64,000 nucleotides of DNA, taken from assembly GCA_963801165.1 (NCBI GenBank), contig CAWDDT010000013.1, positions 1 to 64,000 on the forward strand, given 5' to 3'. Shown piece by piece: positions 52,941-62,625 of this stretch (the first letter of the stretch is position 1; each line of letters opens with the position of its first letter). Source of the stretch: an uncultured bacterium (GTDB lineage Bacteria; Actinomycetota; Acidimicrobiia; Spongiisociales; UBA5794). The notes under the pieces are model-generated. The model had not been told where the DNA came from, searched no databases, and worked only from the letters and a program-made list of their open reading frames with translations. The position numbers and the translations under genes were made by a program.

Positions 52941-53689
52941 CGCCCGACGGCCCCGGCACCCCCTCCCCCTCTGTCATCCGGGCCGCATCTGTCCTCGACG
53001 TGATCGCGACACGGTCAGAGACGCACGTCCGCGTCTCCGACATTGCTCGCGAAACCGGCATCCCCCACTCGTCGGTGACCAACATTCTCGCGGCCCTCAT
53101 AGAGACCGGATTGGTTCGACGAATAGGCGCCGGGTACGCCATCGGTCCCACCGTCGTCGAATTGGCCACGACGTTCCTGCGGACCGACGATCCGGTGCAG
53201 CGGTTCCGGGACTTCGCCCCATCACTGGATGCGCTCTCGGCCGAGACGTCTCAGCTGGGAACCCTCGATCGCGGGGACGTCCTCTTCCTCGCCCGCCACG
53301 ATGGAACGCAGCCGATCGCCCTCACCTCGGGCATCGGCAAACGTCTCCCCGCAACCTCAACCGCCATGGGAAAGGCGATGCTCGCCCGCCTCCAGCCCGC
53401 AGAGGTCGGAGCCACCTTCACCGAGCCGCTCGTGCGTCTCACCGAACGGTCCCACAGCACGCTGGCGACACTGCTGGACGACCTGGCCGCGATCCGCGAG
53501 CGCGGCTACGCAATCGATGATGAAGAGGCGGCACCCAACGTCGCATGCCTCGCCGTGGCAGTGGACACCGCCGACGGAGAGTCTCAATACGCAGTCAGCA
53601 CGACGTTGTTCAAGGAACGCCTAACCCCATTGCTCCACGAGCGACTCGTCGCCGACCTGTCTGCTCTCGCATCCTATCTAGCCAAGTAG
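52937..53689 (+). CDS. IclR-family regulator
   Basis: N-terminal HTH; GKRLPA..TAMGKAML; IRERGYAIDDEE. Confidence 0.9.
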   Translation: MTPDGPGTPSPSVIRAASVLDVIATRSETHVRVSDIARETGIPHSSVTNILAALIETGLVRRIGAGYAIGPTVVELATTFLRTDDPVQRFRDFAPSLDALSAETSQLGTLDRGDVLFLARHDGTQPIALTSGIGKRLPATSTAMGKAMLARLQPAEVGATFTEPLVRLTERSHSTLATLLDDLAAIRERGYAIDDEEAAPNVACLAVAVDTADGESQYAVSTTLFKERLTPLLHERLVADLSALASYLAK

Positions 53690-53700
53690 GAGGACCAACC

Positions 53701-54465
53701 GTGACCCAAGCCATCGACCTCTCCGGGAAGACTGCGCTGGTTACCGGGGCACGCCGTGGCCTGGGCAGGGCCATCGCTGTCGGGCTCGCTACGGCGGGTG
53801 CCGATGTGATCGGGGTGTCGGCAACCCAGGAAACCTCGGGTTCCGAGGTGCAACGACTCGTTGAAGCGGAGGGAAGAGCCTTCGTGGGGCGGGCGTGCGA
53901 TCTCTCGGACAGAGCCGCGCTCTACGACCTTCTGGGCTGGCTCGACGCTGCGGGCTACCAGGTCGACATTCTGGTCAACAACGCGGGCATCATCATCCGT
54001 CACCCTGCAGTCGAGCATACGGATGAGTATTGGGACGAGGTGATGGAGGTCAACCTGAGCGCTCCCTTCATCCTCGCTCGCGAACTGGGGAGAGGGATGG
54101 TCGAACGCCGGTCGGGGAAGATCATCTTCACCGCATCTCTGCTGAGCTTCCAAGGGGGAATCACGGTGCCCGGCTACACGGCGTCGAAGAGCGGGATCGC
54201 CGGGCTGACCCGGGCATTGGCAAACGAGTGGGCCCGCTACAACGTGAACGTGAATGCCATCGCACCGGGGTACATGGACACCGACAACACCGAGGCCCTT
54301 CGTCACGACCCGGACAGGTCGCGGGCGATCCTGGAGAGAATCCCAGCAGGTCGATGGGGCACCGCAGCCGATGTGGCGGGTGCTGCCGTGTTCCTCGCCT
54401 CGGACTATGCCGACTATATCCACGGCGTCGTGCTCACTGTCGACGGCGGGTGGATGGGTCGCTGA
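53701..54465 (+). CDS. kduD: 2-dehydro-3-deoxy-D-gluconate 5-dehydrogenase-like SDR
   Basis: TGARRGLG; ASLLSFQGGITVPGYTASK; ERIPAGRWG; VDGGWMGR; AGGAGG RBS before GTG 53701. Confidence 0.85.
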   Translation: MTQAIDLSGKTALVTGARRGLGRAIAVGLATAGADVIGVSATQETSGSEVQRLVEAEGRAFVGRACDLSDRAALYDLLGWLDAAGYQVDILVNNAGIIIRHPAVEHTDEYWDEVMEVNLSAPFILARELGRGMVERRSGKIIFTASLLSFQGGITVPGYTASKSGIAGLTRALANEWARYNVNVNAIAPGYMDTDNTEALRHDPDRSRAILERIPAGRWGTAADVAGAAVFLASDYADYIHGVVLTVDGGWMGR

Positions 54466-54516
54466 CGGCAGCGGCTGCCGCCGCCTCACGAATGGCCACT
54501 GAGGCCCCCGTTATCC

Positions 54517-55518
54517 CTACGACTCTTCGTGCCTACTCGGAACCGAACCGGGATCGTTGTACTCGGGAACGCCCTGGCTCCAGTTGAGGTTCTTGATGGG
54601 AGCCACGATCTCTCTGATCCCGGCCAACAACTCCCGATCCAACAACTCCCCATCCAACGCCCCGGCAAGAACTTCGAGGTTTTGCTTCACCTCGTCAACC
54701 GACTTCATACCGACGCAGGTTGTCGCGATGTACGGGTGCGCCAGCGCAAACCGGAGCGCCACATCGGTTATCCGTGCTCCGCGGGAACGGACGTATTCGC
54801 AAACCTCCCGCCCTACGCGGTGAATCGCGGCAGGAGCAGGATTCCAGCCAGCAGCGCCGCTCTCGGTCAGAACGCCCATGTGCGTGACAGAAGCGTTGAT
54901 TACACCGATCCCCAACTCTCGAACAGTCGGCAGGAGCCAGTCATCGAAGCTCGTGTTCAGCAGGTCGTAGTGACAGTAAGTCAGTATCGTCTCCGGAGTC
55001 GGATCAAGGTCCCCGGCAAGCTGTGCTAGATGCCGCACCGGATACCCCGTGATCCCGATGTGGCCGACCTTGCCTTCATCCCTCAGCCTGACCATGGCAG
55101 GCCACGCCTGATCGACGATCTCCTCCTGGGGCACGAACTCGACATCATGCAATTGGTATAGGTCGATGTAATCTGTGGCGAGACGCTCCGAGCTCTCCTC
55201 CCACGATCTCAGAATTCGGTCGTAGCCGTAATCGAAGGCACCTTCCACCGACTTGCCGTACCGACCCGCCTTGGTGGCAAGGATGACTCTCTCCCGGTAG
55301 CCGTCCCGCAGCGCTTCGCCGAGCCGTCTCTCCGAAAGGGTGTCACCGTAGAAGGGCGACGTGTCCACGTAGTTCAGACCGCTGTCGATGGCGAAACGCA
55401 CGGCGTCGACGGCCCGAGCTGTTTCGATCTCGCCGTATTCATTGCCTGCTGCCGCCCCGCCGATGCTCAGCTCGGATACATCCAGGCCCGTGTTGCCGAG
55501 AGGTCTGTACTCGATCAT
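54517..55518 (-). CDS. Aldo/keto reductase, L-galactose/L-fucose dehydrogenase-like
   Basis: YRPLGNTG; DTSPFYG; TKAGRYG; HDVEF; GITGYP; YCHY. Confidence 0.8.
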   Translation of the reverse strand: MIEYRPLGNTGLDVSELSIGGAAAGNEYGEIETARAVDAVRFAIDSGLNYVDTSPFYGDTLSERRLGEALRDGYRERVILATKAGRYGKSVEGAFDYGYDRILRSWEESSERLATDYIDLYQLHDVEFVPQEEIVDQAWPAMVRLRDEGKVGHIGITGYPVRHLAQLAGDLDPTPETILTYCHYDLLNTSFDDWLLPTVRELGIGVINASVTHMGVLTESGAAGWNPAPAAIHRVGREVCEYVRSRGARITDVALRFALAHPYIATTCVGMKSVDEVKQNLEVLAGALDGELLDRELLAGIREIVAPIKNLNWSQGVPEYNDPGSVPSRHEES

Positions 55519-55595
55519 GAGCCTCGTCGATTCGCTAGCGCCATACGACTGCCCCTTCCCACCCGGGTGCCCGTGACCCGCCCGGCGACACCCCA

Positions 55596-56492
55596 CTATC
55601 CCTTGACCGCTCCGGTCGTGATACCGGACATCACATAGCGTTGGCCGATCAAGAAGACCATGACCACGGGCAGAATGGTCAACACCACGTCTGCCGAGAC
55701 CAGATTCCAGTTGGCCTCGTATATGCCAAAGAAGTTATAGACCGCCAGGGTCATCGGCCACTTGCTCGAGCTACTGAGGAAGTAGAGCGGCATCACGAAC
55801 TCGCTCCACAGGTCGAGGAAGGTCAGGATTCCAACCGTGATCCACGCCGGCCTGAGGAGAGGCACCATCACCGACCAGAACAGCTGGCGCGGCGAGCATC
55901 CGTCGATCACTGCAGCTTCGTCGATCTCTCTCGGCACAGTGTGAACAAACGCATAGATCACGAACACCGCGAAAGGGAGTTTGAACGCGGCGTAGAGCAG
56001 GATCATGCCCAGCTGTGAGTTGACAAGGTGCGTGATCTGCATCACCTTCGTCATTGTCACGTAATTGAGGGGAATGGCGATTCCCATCACCAGGAAGAAG
56101 TACCAGAAGCGATTCAGCCTGGTTCGATTCCTTGCCAATACGAAGGCCGCGGCTGTCGCGCACAGAATGCAGAGGATGGTGGCAAGCCCGGTGTACAGCA
56201 CGCTGTTGGTGAAGGCCTGACCCAGCTTGCCCTCATCGATCACTGTCAGGTAGTTGTCCAGGTGCAGGCCTTTGGGCAACTCGACCCCCATCGCTCTCGC
56301 CTGAACGCTGTCTTTGAGGGAGTTCACGACGACCAGGTAGATCGGAAGCATCATGATGATGCTCACCAGCGCAGCCGTCGCGTGGTTGACACCTCGCAAC
56401 AGCGGCCGCCGCATCGGGCGCCTGCGTCCGGTCCTCTTCACCTGCGGCTTCACCATGTTTAGCGGGAAATCGTGCCGGCGACCGTTAGCCAT
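55596..56492 (-). CDS. Carbohydrate ABC transporter permease (MalG-like)
   Basis: EIDEAAVIDG EAA motif; TTGAVKG C-terminus. Confidence 0.92.
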   Translation of the reverse strand: MANGRRHDFPLNMVKPQVKRTGRRRPMRRPLLRGVNHATAALVSIIMMLPIYLVVVNSLKDSVQARAMGVELPKGLHLDNYLTVIDEGKLGQAFTNSVLYTGLATILCILCATAAAFVLARNRTRLNRFWYFFLVMGIAIPLNYVTMTKVMQITHLVNSQLGMILLYAAFKLPFAVFVIYAFVHTVPREIDEAAVIDGCSPRQLFWSVMVPLLRPAWITVGILTFLDLWSEFVMPLYFLSSSSKWPMTLAVYNFFGIYEANWNLVSADVVLTILPVVMVFLIGQRYVMSGITTGAVKG

Positions 56493-57483
56493 AGTCGACC
56501 TGCTTGTGCATGAATCGAATCAGGAACACGCCCGCGACGAACATGATGACGAACAGCACAGTGGAGAGAGCCGTGCTGACCGCGTAGTGCCCTCTGGCGA
56601 ATTCCTTGAAGACAACGGTGTAGACCGTTTCCGTCGCATACCCCGGCCCGCCGTTGGTCAGGACCCACACGCTGTCGAACACCTTCAAGCCGTACAGCAG
56701 ATTCAAGACCGTCGTGACTGTCAATACCGGCATCAACAGCGGAAGCGTGATGAACCTCAATTCACTGAAACCGCTGGCTCCGTCGATTCGCGCAGCCTCG
56801 TAGTACTCGTCGGGAATCGATTGAAGCCCCGCCAGCAGCAGAAGCATGATGAATCCCACCCCCTTCCACGTATCAACCGCGACGATCGAATAGAGGGCTA
56901 TGTGCGGATTGGTCAACCAATGCATCGCCAGAGAGCTCAGGCCAATGGGTCTGAGGAATCCGTTGAGAACACCTGTCGACGGATTCAGAATCGACTTGAA
57001 GACAATACCGACGACGATCATCGGCAGCACCGCGGGGAGATAGAACAGCGCACGATGAACGGTCGATAGACGCCTGATGCCCCGGGACACCAGCAAAGCA
57101 AGCAACAGTCCGAGAACGGTCTTGGTAACGATCGTCAGCGCCGTAAAGACCAATGTGTTGCTTATCGCGTGCAGCAGTGTCGAGTTGGAGGCGAATATCT
57201 TTCTGAAATTCTCCAGACCGACAAAATTGACGTCAGTTGAGAAGCGGTTCCAACTTGTGAACGAGTAGTAGAACCCCATGATGCTCGGAACGACGATGAA
57301 CACCACGTAGAGGGCGATCGCGCCAGACGAGAAGTAGGACGGATAGGTCCTGCCTCTCAGGTTCGTCTTTCTTCGCTGCACGGCTCCCCGTCCACTCAAG
57401 GTTCGTATCCGCTCCGTCAGCCACACTGTCCGGGCTTCCAGGCCCGACAGATGCGAGCCTTCTCCCCCGGCGTCGACCTTCAC
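56485..57483 (-). CDS. Carbohydrate ABC transporter permease (MalF-like)
   Basis: FVGLENF; AGLQSIP..YEAARIDGA; LTNGGPG. Start uncertain. Confidence 0.9.
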   Translation of the reverse strand: MKVDAGGEGSHLSGLEARTVWLTERIRTLSGRGAVQRRKTNLRGRTYPSYFSSGAIALYVVFIVVPSIMGFYYSFTSWNRFSTDVNFVGLENFRKIFASNSTLLHAISNTLVFTALTIVTKTVLGLLLALLVSRGIRRLSTVHRALFYLPAVLPMIVVGIVFKSILNPSTGVLNGFLRPIGLSSLAMHWLTNPHIALYSIVAVDTWKGVGFIMLLLLAGLQSIPDEYYEAARIDGASGFSELRFITLPLLMPVLTVTTVLNLLYGLKVFDSVWVLTNGGPGYATETVYTVVFKEFARGHYAVSTALSTVLFVIMFVAGVFLIRFMHKQVDYG

Positions 57484-57559
57484 CGTCGACGTGCTCGCCC
57501 AATTATTACTCAGCGGTGTCAGCCGCTGCCGCTCTCTCTATGTCGAATGACGGGCGGTA

Positions 57560-57596
57560 TGCGGGTCTACCCAAGAGGAGGAGGGGTAGACCCGCA
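57560..57596. terminator. Intercistronic stem-loop after the SBP gene (mRNA stabiliser or partial terminator)
   Basis: Perfect 13-bp stem TGCGGGTCTACCC / GGGTAGACCCGCA. Confidence 0.7.
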
Positions 57597-57643
57597 AAGA
57601 CCGTCCATTCAGGGCACGACCTGCGTCGTGCCAAGGGTTGGCG

Positions 57644-59050
57644 TCAGCCGCCCCAGCCCGGATCGTTTGCGGCTTGAGCCATATCAGCGCGACGCCCGTC
57701 GATCGTCTGCAACACCTGCTCGGGTGTCTCCGCTCCGGTCAACATGGCAACGATGTCCTGACCCATGTCGATCCACTGCGGATTCACGTAGTTCACGGCA
57801 GTCTGCATCACGGTGCCTTGATTCGGATAGGCGTCAACAAACGCCTGCTGCTCGGGTGTCAGCTCGGCGTTCACCCCATCGAAGTTGAGCAACGCGAACT
57901 GCGCCTCGTTGTCCAATACATATTGCAGGTTCTCGGGCCTGGTCAGGAATTCGAAGTAGGCCTTCGCCGCGTCGATGTGCTGGGACCCCGAGTAGATGAA
58001 CTTGCTCGGTGCAGCAGGATTTACGTTCCAGATTTGGTTGTCAGCCAACGGCATCAGGAAGAACCCGAAGTTGTCTGCCGACGCGTCCGGATATGCCGAC
58101 TCGATCTGCGCCGGCAGACCGAAGCGATTCACCGTCATGGCGTAGTCGCCGCTGGCCATCATGGCCTCGGTGTTGGCAAACTCGTCCGACAGTGCGTTGT
58201 CCCCGAAGCAGCCGTTGTTGTATAGCTCCGTCAATTGACCGAGGTCCGTCTGCATCGTGGCGTCGTCGGCCATCGTCTCCTGATTCGTGTTGAGACGATC
58301 GTAGAGTCCGGGCGAGTCGGCCTCGTAGACGGGGCCAAGCTCGGCGAACCAGAGCACATGGTGCCACCCATCCGCAACCGGCTCGTAGATCGGCGTGACG
58401 CCCGCATTGACGAGGGTGTTGCAGGCGGCTGCAAAGTCGTCGTACGTTGTCGGAACTGCGATTCCGTTGTCGGCGAAGATCTGCTTGTTGTAGACCACCA
58501 CCCAGGAGCCACCAACGGTGTCCCAGATAGTCAAGCCGTAGACAACACCATCCAGGCTGATTTGCTCGGTGGACAGCGGGTTCATCCGCTGCACCCAGTC
58601 TTGATCTGTCAGCGGGACTGCGTTCTTTTCCACGCCCAGTTGCAGCTTGATGTCCGTCTTGCCACTTTGACCGCCGAAGATGTCGATGCCTTCGCCGCCG
58701 GCTTCCAACTTGGTCTGCAGAACGCTGAAATACTGGTCGGCGGGAATGATCTGAAAGTCCACATGGATCCCGGTCTCCGCTTCGAACTGCTCGGCGAGCG
58801 CCTTCTCTGAGTCCAAGACCCAGTTCTGGCTGGCAAGGTACGTGATCGTGACCGGTTCCATCGCGGCTTCGGTAGTTGTGGTTGTCGCGGCCGCTGCGGT
58901 CGTTTCGGTGGACTCCGTTCCTGCGGTCGTGGTGGTCGTCGTGGACGTTGCGGCCCCGCCTTCGTCGTCCCCGCTCGAACAGCCGACCAGCAGCAGCCCA
59001 AGAACCAGGATCAACAGGAATGGCCCTCGATATCGTCTAAATCGAAACAC
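57644..59050 (-). CDS. Oligosaccharide ABC transporter substrate-binding lipoprotein
   Basis: GTG 59050 after GGAGGAG; lipobox LVGC; Thr-rich linker; YNKQIF; SBP_bac_1-like. Confidence 0.88.
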   Translation of the reverse strand: MFRFRRYRGPFLLILVLGLLLVGCSSGDDEGGAATSTTTTTTAGTESTETTAAAATTTTTEAAMEPVTITYLASQNWVLDSEKALAEQFEAETGIHVDFQIIPADQYFSVLQTKLEAGGEGIDIFGGQSGKTDIKLQLGVEKNAVPLTDQDWVQRMNPLSTEQISLDGVVYGLTIWDTVGGSWVVVYNKQIFADNGIAVPTTYDDFAAACNTLVNAGVTPIYEPVADGWHHVLWFAELGPVYEADSPGLYDRLNTNQETMADDATMQTDLGQLTELYNNGCFGDNALSDEFANTEAMMASGDYAMTVNRFGLPAQIESAYPDASADNFGFFLMPLADNQIWNVNPAAPSKFIYSGSQHIDAAKAYFEFLTRPENLQYVLDNEAQFALLNFDGVNAELTPEQQAFVDAYPNQGTVMQTAVNYVNPQWIDMGQDIVAMLTGAETPEQVLQTIDGRRADMAQAANDPGWGG

Positions 59051-59252
59051 TTCTAATTCTCCTCCGTATGCTCGTGACTTCGAAGAGCATGAGTCCCCGG
59101 TCAAGATCGTGACCGCGCCCCACAACCTCGTATGCGACAAAGAGCCGTGCTCTCAAATGACCCATGGATTGGTATTGCCCTCATCCTCCTCGACGGTATA
59201 GGTCGTCAGTCGGTCTTCCTTTCTCTGTAGTGCGGCAAACAAGGCCCTGTCG

Positions 59253-60275
59253 CTAATACACATGTCGTCCCACCGGGCTCGTGCTCGCCCGGACCGTCAG
59301 GATCGGCTCCCTCAGGATCTCTTTGACGTTTGTGTCGACCTCCTCTAGCCGATCGATCAGCATGTTCCCGGCCTCGTAGGCCATGGACCACGCAGGCATG
59401 TCGAGTGCGGTCAACGCCGGGCTGGTCAGCTCGGGTCCCTGGGGATGCTTCAGACCCACCACCGAAATGTCGTCCGGGATACGGAGCCCTGCGTCATTGG
59501 CTGCTCCATACAGAGCTGTCTCCACCATCTCTCTCATCGTTATGAGAGCGGTGATCTCCGGGTGTTCGTTCAACATGCCCGACGTGACGAGCCTTATGTT
59601 CTGCAGACTCTGATCTGTCTCATACGACAGGTCGGCCATCCCCAGCTCTGTGCAGGCGTCCTTGTATGCCCTTAGCGAGCGCACCGTGGGCCCGTGCTGG
59701 CTGTGCTGCGCCGGCATCGCCGAGACATAGCCAACGTTGCGGTGCCCCAGGGCGAACAGATGGTTCAGACCCATACGCATCGCGGCCTCGAAGTCGTAGT
59801 CGATGAAGCTTGCGCCGACGCTGGCTTCGGTGTGTCCAATCATCACGAACGGAGATTCCATCCGGCGAAGGAAGTCGGCGCGCCAGTCGTGGAGCTGCAC
59901 CTTCATCAGGATTACGCCGTCACTCTTGCTAGATCGATATAGATCAAGAAGGTCGTCTTCGCCAAGCGCACGGGTTATCAGATGAAGTCGGTAGTCACGT
60001 TCCTCACATGCCGCCGTCGCGCCCGTGATGAAATCCAGGTACACCGGGTTGGGGTTACCCTCGGTGTTTGGAAAATGCAGTGAGATTGCGCGGCTCTTGC
60101 CCGTGGTCAGCTGCTGCCATTGGGTGCTCTTGGCGTACCCGAGCTTGCCTATGGCGTCTTCCACCTTCTTGCGAGTCAAATTGGCCGCATCAGGCTTGTT
60201 GTTGAGTACCCGCGACACCGTCGCCACAGAGACACCAGCCTCCTTGGCGACGTCTCGGATGGTGGGCTTCTTCAC
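59253..60275 (-). CDS. LacI-family regulator
   Basis: TIRDVAKEAGVSVATVSRVLN; IPDDISVVG; VRAST. Confidence 0.93.
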   Translation of the reverse strand: MKKPTIRDVAKEAGVSVATVSRVLNNKPDAANLTRKKVEDAIGKLGYAKSTQWQQLTTGKSRAISLHFPNTEGNPNPVYLDFITGATAACEERDYRLHLITRALGEDDLLDLYRSSKSDGVILMKVQLHDWRADFLRRMESPFVMIGHTEASVGASFIDYDFEAAMRMGLNHLFALGHRNVGYVSAMPAQHSQHGPTVRSLRAYKDACTELGMADLSYETDQSLQNIRLVTSGMLNEHPEITALITMREMVETALYGAANDAGLRIPDDISVVGLKHPQGPELTSPALTALDMPAWSMAYEAGNMLIDRLEEVDTNVKEILREPILTVRASTSPVGRHVY

Positions 60276-60351
60276 AATGTCGTCTCTTCCTCTGGCCTCG
60301 CTCTAGATCTCGTCTGATGGGATGTGCTACGATGGTCGTGAAGCCGAAACA

Positions 60352-60363
60352 AGTACCGGTACT
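60352..60363. promoter_or_regulatory. Putative LacI-family operator
   Basis: Perfect palindrome AGTACCGGTACT with central CG, between lacI and the enolase-family gene. Confidence 0.6.
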
Positions 60364-60391
60364 AGTTACAAAGTAGATCTACCTGAGACCA

Positions 60392-61522
60392 TTGTCAAGC
60401 GACACCCTCGAATTAGGGCTGTTGGGAATGGGAGACTCGATATTGCACCGCATTGAGAAGTACGCTCTGACACGGTTCATGGTGGAACTCGATCGCACGA
60501 TCGGCGACTCGCAGATCTCGTCCAATCAGCTCTCGATCGGTGTCCTGGAACTAGAAGACGATTTGGGCCATGTGGGAACTGGGTTTTTCCACACGGTCGC
60601 GGAGCCTCTCCCCTCGCTGGTCGAACTGGAAGTCCGTTTTCAAAGAGAGCTTGCCGACGACCTCATCGGCGCCGATCCATTCTCCTGGGCGCATCGTCTC
60701 GAACGCCCCCGCGGGGGGAACATCAGGCAGTCCATCTTCTATCCGAGCGTTGAACAGGCCGTATGGGATCTCCAGGGACAGATCCTGGAAATGCCGCTTC
60801 ATAGGTTGCTCGGGAGTCGACGCGACAGAGTTCCGGCCTACGCGAGTGGTCTCGAGTTCCATCTGGACGATGACGCAGTTTCTGCTTTCTACGCCAACGC
60901 CAGAGCCGCCGGTTTCTCGGCTTTCAAGATCAAGGTGGGTCACCCTGAGCTTGATTGGGACATCCATCGATTGCAGCTCGTGAAGGACACCGTCGGATCT
61001 GATTGCCAACTGATGGCCGACGCCAACGAGGCATGGTCGCCCAAGGAGGCTATCCGCAGGCTGCATGCCTACCGGGAAAGCGGGATCGACCTCTATTGGA
61101 TAGAGGATCCCTGTCTGCGGGATGACTTTGAGGGGCTCAGGGCCATTTCCCGGGCTGTGCCGTTCACGCTCGTCAACAGCGGCGAGTATCTGAACCTATC
61201 GGGCAAGCGTCAACTCATCGAAAACCGGGCAGTTGACGTACTCAACATCCACGGTTCGATCAACGACGCGTTGAAGATCGGCTGGTTCGCCGCCGAACAC
61301 GGTATCCCGGTGGCACTGGGAAACAGCAATTTCGAGATCGGCGTTCACGTCGCGGCCGCACTCCCAGAGGTCACCTGGCTCGAATACAGCTTCCTCTCGT
61401 ACAACCATCTCCTGGAGACGCCGATCCAATTCCGGGACGGCTATGCGTTGTTGCCGGAAAGACCGGGCCACGGTCTGCGACTCGATGAGTCTGCACGCAG
61501 TGAATTCGCTCGGCCCACGTAA
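60392..61522 (+). CDS. Mandelate racemase/muconate lactonizing enzyme family (sugar-acid dehydratase or cycloisomerase)
   Basis: WDLQG..PLHRLLG..VPAYAS; FKIKVG; MADANE; WIEDP; SGE; PGHG. Start may be 60427. Confidence 0.85.
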   Translation: MSSDTLELGLLGMGDSILHRIEKYALTRFMVELDRTIGDSQISSNQLSIGVLELEDDLGHVGTGFFHTVAEPLPSLVELEVRFQRELADDLIGADPFSWAHRLERPRGGNIRQSIFYPSVEQAVWDLQGQILEMPLHRLLGSRRDRVPAYASGLEFHLDDDAVSAFYANARAAGFSAFKIKVGHPELDWDIHRLQLVKDTVGSDCQLMADANEAWSPKEAIRRLHAYRESGIDLYWIEDPCLRDDFEGLRAISRAVPFTLVNSGEYLNLSGKRQLIENRAVDVLNIHGSINDALKIGWFAAEHGIPVALGNSNFEIGVHVAAALPEVTWLEYSFLSYNHLLETPIQFRDGYALLPERPGHGLRLDESARSEFARPT

Positions 61523-61573
61523 CGACCCCTATCGGCCCGATTCGCAACCTGGCGACAGAGCCACAGAAACCAC

Positions 61574-61598
61574 GGAAGCCCTCGAAAGACGGGGCTCC
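61574..61598 (-). terminator. Hairpin downstream of the tRNA-Asn 3' remnant
   Basis: GGAAGCCC-TCGAAAGAC-GGGGCTCC imperfect stem. Confidence 0.45.
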
Positions 61599-61602
61599 TG
61601 GG

Positions 61603-61655
61603 TGGCTCCGGGGGCGAGACTTGAACTCGCAACAAACGGATTAACAGTCCGCTGC
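61603..61655 (-). other. Truncated 3' half of tRNA-Asn(GTT), an att site
   Basis: Minus strand GCAGCGGACTGTTAATCCGTTTGTTGCGAGTTCAAGTCTCGCCCCCGGAGCCA has the anticodon arm, T arm and CCA, but no D arm or 5' acceptor strand. Confidence 0.85.
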
Positions 61656-61845
61656 AGGGCATCTTCGGGGAGGTTCGATGCCGCCTTGAATACGATCGAA
61701 ACAGCCCGATTTCATTGAGAATTCGCACCTCTCAAGGTCTCCCGTCGTTTTGCGTCAGATCGGGTTGCTACTCAGAATATCGCGCCCTCAGCGCGCCCTC
61801 GGCGCACCCCGACCTTCGATCATCCGAGGCAGCTTCGGCACTTCG

Positions 61846-62625
61846 TTACTCGATCAGCGAGAGCGCGTCGGTAATGACGACCTCGGCCGCCGCGTCGACG
61901 TCGTATCCCTCCGGCCAGGCGGTCACCAGTGGGCGGATGTCTTCGCGGTACGCCCGGCGCTTCGCCTTCTCACGAAGGTTCAGCTCGGCACGGCGGCTCG
62001 TGTAGCCGTCGGGGCGGTACGCAGCGAAGGCCTCGACAATCGACGAGGCGGGGACGTTGAGCTGGGTGAGGGCGAGCCACAGGTCGAAAAGGTCGCGTCC
62101 TTTCGAGCGTTGGAACAGGGCTCGGATCTTCGTGGCAACGACCTCGGCGAGGGTGAAGGTGAGCACCTCGGCGTTGCCGTCGTACCAGGAGGACTCGACG
62201 CGGAACGGGATTCTAATCGGCGGCTGTGCGGGGGAACGTTCGAAGGTGTTGACCTCGATCTTGATCCGCATCTGGCCTGCCCCGGTCTCGTACGGAGCCC
62301 GTAGGAACACCTTGGGGTGCTCGCTGATCCTGGTCCGCACTTCCATGCCGAGCCGTTTGCCGATCTGGGTCACCCCTCGGGTGAGGTCAGCGATCCCGCC
62401 GCCGGTACTGCGGACGTAGTCGAGATCCTCGCTGTAGCGCACCGGCTTTGGTGCATGGAGCTTGTGAAGGCAGGTGCCACCCCGGAACAACAGCTCGTGA
62501 CCGAGATAGTCGTCGTTGGCTATCTCGATGATGAGTCGGGACAACAGCAGGTCTTGTTCGACCTGCTCGACACTCGGCCATGGAACGAAGCGGCTCCATT
62601 CGGTGATAGCGGCGCGAGGGATCAC
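61846..62625 (-). CDS. AbiEii-family nucleotidyltransferase toxin
   Basis: VEQDLLLS; LFRGGTCLHK; RYSEDLDY; KIEVN; TKIRALFQRSKGRDLFDL. Confidence 0.9.
   Translation of the reverse strand: MIPRAAITEWSRFVPWPSVEQVEQDLLLSRLIIEIANDDYLGHELLFRGGTCLHKLHAPKPVRYSEDLDYVRSTGGGIADLTRGVTQIGKRLGMEVRTRISEHPKVFLRAPYETGAGQMRIKIEVNTFERSPAQPPIRIPFRVESSWYDGNAEVLTFTLAEVVATKIRALFQRSKGRDLFDLWLALTQLNVPASSIVEAFAAYRPDGYTSRRAELNLREKAKRRAYREDIRPLVTAWPEGYDVDAAAEVVITDALSLIE

Noticed and set aside
61603-61680. Intact tRNA-Asn gene
   Set aside because: D arm and 5' acceptor strand are missing.
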